Below are positions 13,216 through 23,119 of a stretch of 64,000 bases of DNA, piece after piece. Position 1 is the first letter of the stretch. Each line of letters starts with the position of its first letter. Where the stretch lies: positions 15,538,963 through 15,602,962 of the forward strand of contig CM119265.1 in assembly GCA_051294375.1 (NCBI GenBank), in the 5' to 3' direction. The DNA is from Paraspadella gotoi. Lineage: Eukaryota > Animalia > Chaetognatha. Under the pieces are notes generated by a model. The model had not been told where the DNA came from, did not search any database, and saw nothing but the letters and a program-made list of their open reading frames with translations. A program made the translations under genes and the position numbers.

Positions 13216-14290
13216 CTACTCAGAGAAAAATTGTAATATTTTATCAAATATTCTTTGAAAGTAGTCTTCGTTAATCTTGATTTCTTCCACGCCTTCGAAC
13301 TTTGCCCATTTGTTTTTCAAGTAGTCATAGAATTGGGCAACTTTCGGTTCTCGTTTCCACTCTTGACATAAGAGGCCGAACCAGTGCTTTTTCACGCAAA
13401 CTTTGCCAGGTTCCACGCGAAAACAATCACCATTTATCTAATTAATAAATCAATAATGTTTGGATGGTATTTGTAGAATGTTCAAGGGGTTAAGTAACAA
13501 ACGAAAAGTAATCTTACCACATCAAAGTAAATTTGTCCGATGTTTTCGGCGGGAGTGGATCCTTTCTTGGAGGCGTTCTTGAGGCAGTCGAAAAAAGCTT
13601 CCTCGCAGTCGCATGCGCTCTCTCGCCATAACCTCGAAAGCAAGTCAGTACTCTATTAACGTATATCAAGAAGAATAAACGCCCAAAGAAAATAATGAAT
13701 AAGAGAATTAATCAAAGAAACAAAAAATGTTAAACAGTTAAACACAAAGACAAAAAAGAATTTCTTGGTCATCGATGATCCTTACTTCTTGTTTTGATGA
13801 AAATATTTATATTCTCCGACCTTGATGTTGACCGGGCAGTAATCATGCTGTCGACAGCAGATGTCCGTGTCGCGAAAAGTCCCAAGGTCGTCAAAGTTGA
13901 GGGCCTCGTCTCCCGGACCGCACCAATGAGTTCCGGGATACAAGATCTTTTTTTTTTTGCAAGGCGGAATATGAGAAAAATTAGATCATACGTAAAATAC
14001 CCGAGGCTAGACACTCGACAAGCTCTTTTTACCGGTTCCTCCTGAACGAGCTTCATCCCCAGGAAAGGAATGGCAGGGAGCCAAGAGACAAACAACTTGA
14101 CGCAAGTGAAGGGAGAGAAAAAAAATCACGAAATCGCTTGGAGATGCAATCAATTAGACCATGTTAGTAAAATAAATTATAGGAACCTGAGCTTAATATA
14201 ATGTAAAAGCGATTTAGAAATTTTTTTCTCAGAAAGTTTTTTTTTGTTTGTTTTGCGACAGAATTACACAGTTACAATGGATCGTAACAT
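13216..14290 (-). CDS. Group III (bee-venom type) secretory phospholipase A2-like protein
   Basis: Spliced translation ILYPGTHWCGPGD...LG...TDICCRQHDYCP...SACDCEEAFFDCLK...IGQIYFDV...CF. The hydrophobic N-terminus from ATG 14290 is tentative. Confidence 0.9.
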
Positions 14291-14861
14291 TTTTATCCCG
14301 ACGGACTCGGGATAGAGTATTGGACGCCAATGTCGAGACCAGGGATTTTTACTTGAGTACACTATAAGATACGTACGACGAAGTTTGGAACAAACAATTG
14401 GCAACGCAAAATAATTCTGAATTTTTTCGCAGAAATTATGCAAATACCTTTTCCCTCTCTTCTTCGGTATTCTGTTTCACTCTTTACATTACAACCTCGC
14501 TTTTCGATCGGTAAGTTGATTTGATCTGATATTTGTTAATCGGGTTCTCCGTAGCAAGTTGCAAATATGAAAATAGTTAAAAACGGAAGGAAAGAGAGGA
14601 GAAAAAAAGACGACGACGACCGAGTGTAAAAGAACCAAAATAGATTCAGTCGTTCTTTTAATTTCTATTCCCGACGTATTCTCTTACTATCATCGACGTT
14701 TATAAAATATAAAATAACAAATATTTGATATATATATATATTTGTTACGTATATTTCGCTGTATATATTTGATTTTTCATTACTAAAAACGAGACTACGC
14801 GATCTATAGATTTTCCCACTTCGCCGCACGTATTTTGTTTCCCCATCAAGTCGTCACGACA

Positions 14862-16273
14862 TCAGTAGTGACGCGGCGAAAAGTTGACGTGGAAGAAGTC
14901 AGCATCGACGTCGTAGAGATTCCCTCTCTTCACCCCTTTATTGTAGTTTGCCATGATGGCATTGGCGTTGGCGGCGTCTTCGTCAGTCACCGTCACCATC
15001 TTGAGTGCGCCGCTGACACCTCCCTCGCCCGTCACCACGAATGCAGTGTGCTCCTGTGGACGGGTCGGTGATGTGAGAAATCGGAGGCGGAGTTGTAGGC
15101 TCAAACTGGAAAGAGTCGTCTGATACGCCAGCCATGAAATCGGTAGATACGGATTTTCCAAACATATAATTGTATGTTAAAAAAATATTGTGATATAAAA
15201 AAAAATCATAATTTTTTTTCGTAAAATCCCTCAACCCTAATTATCCCTAATTTTAACCACCCATAACCCTAGCCCTACCTACCATTATCTAACTACCAGT
15301 AAACCCTTATTAACCCTAACCCTAACCACCTTTAACCCGAACTACTCCTAATATACAAAAATAAAGATTTTTTTAATTAAAAAAGAACATAAAAAAATAT
15401 AAAAAAATTTATATATGAAATTGGTACGACCAGTATAAAAATTATCCATTCATTTAATAAATAAGCTATCTTGCCCCTGACTTTGGACTTTGGACTTTGG
15501 ACTTTGGACAATGGACAGGCTTTGATATGAAATATATTATATTATTGCGCAAAACGGAATTTGACGCTAGAGGGATTTCAAACAAAAGTCAAGCGATTTA
15601 CAAATCACCGACTGGTGCGCGTTTAGTGTCTGAATTTTAAACAGTACCCTAGTGAGTACAATTGCAGCCCCGAATGCCAACAAGTGCCACAGAAAAAGGC
15701 GGCTAGAAACTTTGGCGGGATGGGAAAATCGAGGATCTCCAGAATCGAGGTTCTATTGTACCTGGACGGCGACCATTGTAAAGTCCTTCTCCACGTAAAC
15801 GATGTATTCGAAATTCTTCCCCCGAATTCGACAGAACTGCAGTATGTCGTGAGGGTCCACTTCCTGCCAGAGAGGAATCCCAATCATAACTTTACTCCCT
15901 CATTCCCTTTGCATTTTGCGAAGTTAAAACTTATGCCGCTTGTCGAAAATACCCATTTACCATCAAAGCCGAGTGAGCTTTGGGCAGAATTTTCATGATG
16001 TGGTGAGTGATGGTCGCCGCCACGATTTTCGGGATGTTGGTACGGACCTGACGATAGTTCAGTTCTTAAATATTTACATGCCCCATTAATCCATCATACG
16101 CATACATATTTTTTTTATTTATTCTAGTTTTGTTTACTATTTTAGTATTTTTTTTTCCTCCTTTTATCTTTTACCGGTAAGGCAGTAGAGTTCTGGATGG
16201 TGATTATGCCACGGACTCTGGGCAGCGTCATTATCTCCCTCTGCATTCCGTCGAGCACAGCAATTCCCGCCAT
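14862..16273 (-). CDS. Roadblock/LC7 dynein light chain-like protein with C-terminal extension
   Basis: MAGIAVLDGMQREIMTLPRVRGIITIQNSTALP|VRTNIP...KAHSALM|EVDPHDILQFCRIRGKNFEYIVYVEKDFTMVAVQ matches the Roadblock pattern (V.GII, P.RT, DP...L.F.RIR.K..E); a phase-0 last exon ends at TGA 14862. Confidence 0.78.
15233..15341. repeat. Degenerate (TAACCC)n telomere-like tract in an intron
   Basis: AACCCTAA, TAACCCTAG and TAACCCTAACCCTAACC variants. Confidence 0.55.
15415..15524. repeat. Short interspersed repeat ATGAAATTGGTACAACCAATATAAAAATTATCC... (other copies 16892-16913, 19895-19976, 20131-20202, 56770-56803)
   Basis: Five near-identical copies share one fixed end and are variably truncated at the other. 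Confidence 0.9.
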
Positions 16274-16422
16274 TGTGATTGATTAAGCTATCAGATTCCG
16301 TTTAATGATCGATTCGATTCTAACGACGAAAAACGGTAAGCCTGGGGTGAAAGGTAAATTTAGAAACTAATTTCTCAAAGAAAAGGGCTGTGTTTCTTTG
16401 TATAAATTTTTCCGTCCTGAAA

Positions 16423-18066
16423 TTTTTAGCCGGATCTGCTTATCAGCAGATTCCGGCTCTATACCATGATGGAAAAAAAAGTGTCGCGGTTTGGAAAAGC
16501 CAGTTAATTTTATTGTCAAATATATTTTTTGGCTAATAAATAAGTTTTAATAGGTAATATGACCTCACTAAGATGGAATAAAATGATTATTTCTTAACAG
16601 CATTAAATTAGTCAATGCATTCAAATACTTGTTGTCTCTAACTGTCTCTAACTTCTTTTTGATTATGAGAACTACTCATATTATTGTTAAAATTATATCT
16701 CTGACATGATATTTTTTATCAGATTTGGGGCAAAAAATGGTCCTTAGCAAGCAGTGAAAAAGATTGATCCTCAATAAAGTAAACCAGGCTTAAGTTATTG
16801 CTGCATAATGTGATAATTCATTATCTTTCGCTTTAACAAAATCTTTATTTTTTTATTTTTGGACTTGTTTGATACTTGATTCTGATAATATATATTGGTT
16901 GTACCAATTTCATATCCAAAGGTAAATAAAAATGATAACTTTGCTTACAGAAAGGTTACCCGGAACCTTATAACTTTTATTGATACTTTATAATTTAAAA
17001 ATAATATTCTGTAACATCTACAGCATCAATGTATTTTTAATATTTTTTTTTTGACATATGAATTAAAATTCATCCCTGAACCTATCCTAATAGAGATAAT
17101 GCAATAATCATTTGACATGAGACTGAGAAAAGGCAGGGATTTTTAATAGTATTGGTTAAACTCAAAAAGTACTAAAAAAAAACCTGAAATGAGTATAAAT
17201 AAAAAGTATAGATAAAAAAAGATAAAAATGAAAGAAGCATTTTTTTGGACAACGCATTTTTTTTACATGGAACTCCTGTATTTTTTGTCATAGATAAATG
17301 AGACACAGCTTATATGAATCATAAAAGGCCAAAGTTTCTTGATATCTAAATTTTATTTTTCGATTCTTACATTAAAATGCCGAAAAATAACTGGAAAGTA
17401 ACCGCGACACTTTTTTTTCCATCATGGTAATTCACTTTACCTGTCTGTCGGTCGCCACTTCTAATCTTGTAAAGAACATCGAATTATGATAAATTTTGAA
17501 AAAAATGATGTCCGTCCGTCCGGCCGACCGTCCCCCCTTAGCTTTTAACGAATGTTACTCATGAATGTATGGGGCGAATGACTTAAAATTTTTTTTGTAT
17601 GTATAGAAGTGTATTATTAAGCAGGAAAAAAGTTTAGATGGAATCGTCCGAGTGGAAATGAGTTTAAATGGAAAAAACAAAAAAACCTGTTTCATTTTTT
17701 ATTATGCTTTTTTTTTATTTTAATATCAAATGTAAATGCAAGCTGCACTAATTATTAAATTAATTAATCAATCAATCAATTAATAAATTATTCAATCAAT
17801 TTACTTATTAATCAATTAATAAATCAAACAATTAATTTATCAATCAATTAATCAATAATTAATTAATTAATTAGTCAATCATTCAATTAATTATCGGCGG
17901 TTTTATCGTTTTCATCGTCGTCGTCGCCATCATAGTCGTTGTTTTTGATTTTTTGATTTTATTTAATTAATTAATATGTAATTAACTAATTATTAATATT
18001 TTAAGTAATTAATTAATTAACGCTAATGATCTTGGGCAGATCCGGCATTGTTTGCTCAAACTTGTT
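16423..18066 (-). mobile_element. HINE/DINE-1-like (Helentron-associated) non-autonomous element carrying a nested MITE
   Basis: Same ends as 35503-36046 and 48721-50050: AACAAGTTTGAGCAA start, AT-rich core, GTCC/GACA microsatellite, and terminal hairpin AGCCGGAATCTGC...GCAGATCCGGCT. Confidence 0.75.
16464..17427. mobile_element. Tc1/mariner-type MITE nested in the HINE-like element
   Basis: Perfect 28-bp TIR CCATGATGGAAAAAAAAGTGTCGCGGTT with TA TSD; the empty site is visible in the paralogous copy at ~50005-50030. Confidence 0.92.
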
Positions 18067-18139
18067 TTTACAACAAGAAAGAAAGAAAATAAGAAAATAA
18101 ATTTCCTTCAAAGAATTGAGAAAGGATAGTGGTCAGATG

Positions 18140-18480
18140 TGAGGACAGGTTCAAAGACAGGGACAGAGCGAGAGGAAAGGGGAAGGAAAAAAAATTTTCG
18201 CGACCAGGAGGGCCAGCTCATTTTGAGCTCTTTCATTTGCTTACTTTTCACTACTCTCTTTCACTTAGCTTAGCTATCCCTCTTCTCTCCTTTCCATTTT
18301 AAATTTCACTTCTTCAAATTTATTTCTATTATTATTATTTATAATAATACTCACTAAATTTATTTTTAGTTTACTTACTTATTCTTTATATATCTCTGTT
18401 GTACTTTGCCTAATGTATTGATTCACTATTGTTAACCTCTCTCTCTCTTCCCACGTACCAATTTCTTTTCCCTCACCTTC

Positions 18481-18551
<71 letters not shown>

Positions 18552-18670
18552 GTTCCTAACTTGAACCTGTATATTGAATTTCCACAATTGTCAAAGCGCT
18601 GAAGAAGGCTTGTAATAAAAGCCTAAACATGTCCGATTGAAAAAATCCTATCGTTGTTGTAAATAAACAA
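18140..18670 (+). mobile_element. Penelope-like element remnant with degenerate hammerhead ribozyme (18599-18633) and (CT)n tract
   Basis: CTGAAGA-A-GGCTT/AAGCC-TAAAC-ATGTC (GAAA mutated to TAAA); 18145-18177 is a partial inverted copy of ~18535-18570. Confidence 0.6.
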
Positions 18671-18967
18671 ACATTTACTTTACTTCTCGTCTACTACTAT
18701 TTTAGCTATCTCGAATATTTGATGAAATTCTTTTAAATAGAATGAGACGAAGGTGAACAATTTGTTTTAAAGAAAAATAGCGAATGATAGGATGAACGAA
18801 AAATTTGTAAACGGGAGCGATGACTTGCATATTTTCGAACAGAACCAATTCGGTTAAAAAAGAATTTAAACTTTACGTATCCTCAACTCCTTAACCGATA
18901 GTTAAAAAATGCAATATCTTTATATTTCTCTTATCATTTAATTACTACTTCTCTATCATTTAGCTCT

Positions 18968-18998
18968 GGAGGCGTGGGTTCGAATCTCACCACTGCCA
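18968..18998 (+). pseudogene. 3' fragment of tRNA-Leu (tRNA-derived relic)
   Basis: GGAGGCGTGGGTTCGAATCTCACCACTGCCA corresponds to the variable arm, T-arm and acceptor 3' strand of tRNA-Leu; no 5' half is present. Confidence 0.65.
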
Positions 18999-19374
18999 CC
19001 TCATTTAAGTAAGTAGACAGAGATTTCAACGTGAAACCAAAAGTGGATTTTATTCTCAGAAAGTAACAAGCGAAGACGGTGTTAGAATTTGGGACAGAAG
19101 GATTCAATACAAAATGGTCAATACAATACAATCGGATCATCGATACGGGCCCGTTTTCCCGATGGCATGAATCATGATTTCATCGGAGTCGCGGATCCGA
19201 TTCCATTTTTGGTTCCGATTCCATCTGCGATGCCACATAGACGGAAATTTACGAATGGCAAATTCAAAGATTCGTTAAATTTATACATTAGTCCAAGCTC
19301 TTACTAGAATTAATCTTACCGAATCTTTCTTTCGTTCTTTTTTTTTTTAACCTAGTCTAGTATTTCCATTCTAC

Positions 19375-19944
19375 ATGGAATCGATCGACGAGACCTTCGA
19401 AATGTGGCTGCTGCGAACTGCGCTGCTGATTTGTCGTCGGCGTTTCCGTTGCGTCTTCGACGTCTGGTCAGCCATACCCTTCGTCGCCACTATCGTCGTC
19501 GGCCTCGCTGTGGCCTTTATTGCCAAGACTCTAATTCGGCGATACGGCCTCGATGTCCTCTGTGGCGGAGTTGTCGGCTGCGGTCCGTCTCACACAGCGT
19601 CGGCGACGACGACAATAAGCGCGATTATGGCCTGGTGTTTAACTCGGAGCTTCTGGTTCCAGCAGCTCTCCAACCTTCGACATCTGTTAGTTGACGTTTG
19701 TGGAGTCCGCGTCGACGTTAGTCGGTGGTACGCGGAGCCAGCGTACGCATTGGGCGTGGCATTGGCCCTCTCGATCGTTCAGTTCAAACTTGAGGAGACG
19801 AGTGAGGAGAAAGAATTGGCGGAGACGCGGATGCATACCGACGATCGACAGAGTTCCCAAAAACAAATTAATCATCTCGACATGGTGCGCTCTCATGAAA
19901 TTGGTACAACCAATATAAAAATTATCCATTCATTTAATAAATAA
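19375..19944 (+). CDS. Hypothetical multi-pass membrane protein whose 3' end runs into a repeat insertion (19895)
   Basis: GC-rich 189-aa ORF with about three hydrophobic segments; no family recognised. Confidence 0.4.
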   Translation: MESIDETFEMWLLRTALLICRRRFRCVFDVWSAIPFVATIVVGLAVAFIAKTLIRRYGLDVLCGGVVGCGPSHTASATTTISAIMAWCLTRSFWFQQLSNLRHLLVDVCGVRVDVSRWYAEPAYALGVALALSIVQFKLEETSEEKELAETRMHTDDRQSSQKQINHLDMVRSHEIGTTNIKIIHSFNK

Positions 19945-20752
19945 GCTATCTTGCCCCTGACTTTGGACAGGCTTTGGTGGTTTAAGGCCTCCATCACTCT
20001 TACAAGATAATAACATAGCAGGTCCCTGATTCTCTGTCTCGTTTATTCACTCCCAGAGTACCTGGTTTCCCTATCGGGGAATACTATATTGTACTCCACA
20101 CTCGCATCAAAATACAAGGAGCTGAATTTTATGAAATTGGTACAACCAATATAAAAATTATCCATTCATTTAATAAATAAGCTATCTTGCCCCTGGCTTT
20201 GGCGGTCATATTAGAGTCGCCCTCATTTCAAAATTAGTATGATACCACTCATTCGCATCGCTCCCCTCAGGATTATCGAAGAACACAACTTCCGTTTCCT
20301 ATTCCGCCTCCTGTAATCGGTTTCCACGACAGCCGATTGACGCTGTTTCACAACAGACAGCCATCTGGATCTCCGACTGCTCAGCGCAGCAATTCGGTCA
20401 TAACAAGTAATCCATGCTATATACTTATTACTTAATCGCTCATAACATAATACGATTCAACATTCCAGAGAATTGAAATAAATATAATAATGCATAATAC
20501 GGACATACTGTTTTTTTCATCGTCACTGAATTGAGAGCAATTGTTAACTTTCTAGTTTCACGATCATCTAGCGAGTGTGACATAACGAGACCCACCGCGC
20601 GCAATTGGTCGGCGCCCGAAGACGTTTCCAACAACAATAATAGTTCGAAGGCTGACAGAGCGCAAGCGCATCCAAGTAAACCAAATAAGATCAAATATTT
20701 AAATTCAAGATCAATGAAAAATCAACGGCTAATATAATAAGGTCAGAAAAAG

Positions 20753-22738
20753 ATGGAAGATCTCAACAAAAATTTTTCGAAGCGTCTTCACAGTTCGTAC
20801 GTCCAAGGATATAGCGCACTTGCAAGTAAAGTCTTGATAAAACATCATTGGAAATTTGTTTTAATTTCGTGCCAACTTTTTTTCACTGTTAAATTCTAGC
20901 TGGGGGCTTGGATAATGTCAAGTTGAACGGCGTTTCATCCCAAGTTAAAAAACTAACTCCAAGTGAGAAAAAAAAACATATTTAAAAGTTTTCAGCCGTG
21001 ATAGCCGCGTTCTCCCTCTCACTAAACCTCAATCATTTTAGTCTTCTCCGATCCTCCACGGGCCACGAGAGAAATGGGAAGAGGTAATAAAATCTTTCAA
21101 CTGCCTAACCGATCTGTCTGTAGCGTCGTTTTTACTTTCAGCAGTCAGTTCCCCGAAAATGGGCGGAAGAAACACTGACTGTGTGAAGAATAAAGACAAT
21201 ATAGCTAGGTAAGAGTTGTTTTGTTGCTAAGTTAGGAAGTATGGTCGGGTCAGCGCTCACCACCGTCGTCCACCTTCGGTCAACAATATTTGCCATCCAA
21301 ACTTTCTAACTTTGTAGAGAAATCTTGGCGCCTATCGCTTCAGCGAGGACGAATCCCCGAAATATTGGTGATCACGTCGGAGTGACATCACAATGGCCTC
21401 CCAATCATGTCAACTCTCACGCCCGGTTAATAAACCCCGGTCATGGCTCCTCCGATTTCGGAAACGACCGTCGCACGGCTGTTCACGTTGCTCAGGGCAA
21501 ACGAGTTAACGACAATAACCACATGGGCGAAGAATTACACGATCTTGTGCACGAGCTATCAGAGGTCTCGACGTTACTGTCGCTATTTTTGTTTCATTAA
21601 AAAATAAATTGGGGGGGGGAAAAAATAAGGCAAAATACTAATGTTGATGAAAGGCAATAAAACAGAACGAATAGAGATAAACCCGAGAGAGATAAATTAC
21701 TTTGTAACAGCAAGTGAGAATAACTTTATGAATCCGATCTTTATAAACAAGCGACAGCATCTTCGAGACAGTTATTACCGGAAATTACGAACAAATGCGC
21801 CAAAGAGGATACAATTCCTTCCGTGAGAAGCGTAAACCTGGCTGAAAATACGACCCCATTTACAACCTTCGAGAACTCGAAACGAATTCTGCCCAAATCC
21901 CGAAACAATGGAATCGATTTGAGTCAAATCGCGTCTCATTCGACCTTTCAAGACGTGAACGTGACGACTTTGTTAAGACAACCGACGCCGTTGGCCCAAG
22001 AAGTGGCACGTCCTAAAATCGCTCTCGATCAGGCAACCCGACCATACCTTGGCAGTACTAGGCAAGAAATGCCGGAAAAAAGTGGCGTGGAAAGCGCAGA
22101 AATTGATACCCAAACGGAACTCGGGATTCCGGAGGAAGTTTGGCGTTTTATGATCGGCAGGGCGGAAGGAAACGCGGACGCGGAACGCGATACGCACCGA
22201 GGCACGACCGAAAGTCGGGAAGATGGAACTGGTGGAGCGACTAGAAAGGCTGCAGAGGCTGAAAATAATCAAGCGGAGAAAAATAGCGAAGAACCGAAGG
22301 AAATGGACGCGCGGCGCGGCATCAGTGCCGAAACCCAAACAGTGTGGCCTCTTACCAGAGGAAAACATCGATCGCCACCGCCCCCTGCGGCGCGAAGACA
22401 AGTTCGAAGAGCCGCCCCGAGAAAAACCGCGAGTCCGGCGCGAAAGAAATCGGAGGCATCTTCGAGGTCGCCGGGTAGAGGCAGACCGCGCAAGAGGACA
22501 AATTCGTTGGACGATGAAGACGAGTCTTCGCCTCGAAGGACGAAAAGGAATCGAAAGAGCTCGGGCAAGGGGATGGTCAAGGTTGTGTTAGTTAATAATT
22601 CTTAGTTTCACAGATTCCCTTTTACTTTTAGAAAACTCTGCTAATAGTCGAGAAGAGTCGCCGGATCCAAGTAGGTCGACGTCGAAAACGCAAAAGGGTA
22701 AAGGAAAAGGAGGAGCGAAGTCCAGAGAAATGAAGTAG
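20753..22738 (+). CDS. Uncharacterised basic, disordered protein with an AT-hook-like motif and two TQT motifs
   Basis: Long ORF 21823-22605 contains GRGRPRKR, IDTQT and AETQT; small flanking exons have GT-AG boundaries. The 5' exon structure is tentative. Confidence 0.55.
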
Positions 22739-23119
22739 TAAAGAGATGTAGTATGAGATCTTTTGTTTTTGAACATGCGTAAATATGTAAATAAAAACTT
22801 CAATTCCAAACCAATCTGGCTGATTTCGTTGTTTATTATCCACGGCGTTTATCAACTTTCGGAAATTGATTGTGCTAATTTCATATTTAGATTTAAAACT
22901 TTCAATGATAGTGTTCTATACTGCGACTGTTGCAAACAAAAACGCAATATTAAACAAATCGAAATATATTGTAAAGAAAAAAAAACTAAATTTAATAAGA
23001 ACAGACGACTGGAATCACAGTTGGCGAGCAAATTTTATCGCGCTTAAGTTTTAACTTAAAATAAAATAAGAAAAAAAAAAGACCATTGCCGTCGTCGCGA
23101 GTTTCTGATATCGTTCACT

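Noticed and set aside
15233-15341. True telomere or chromosome-fusion scar
   Set aside because: Too short and degenerate, and intronic; more likely a simple repeat within a TE.
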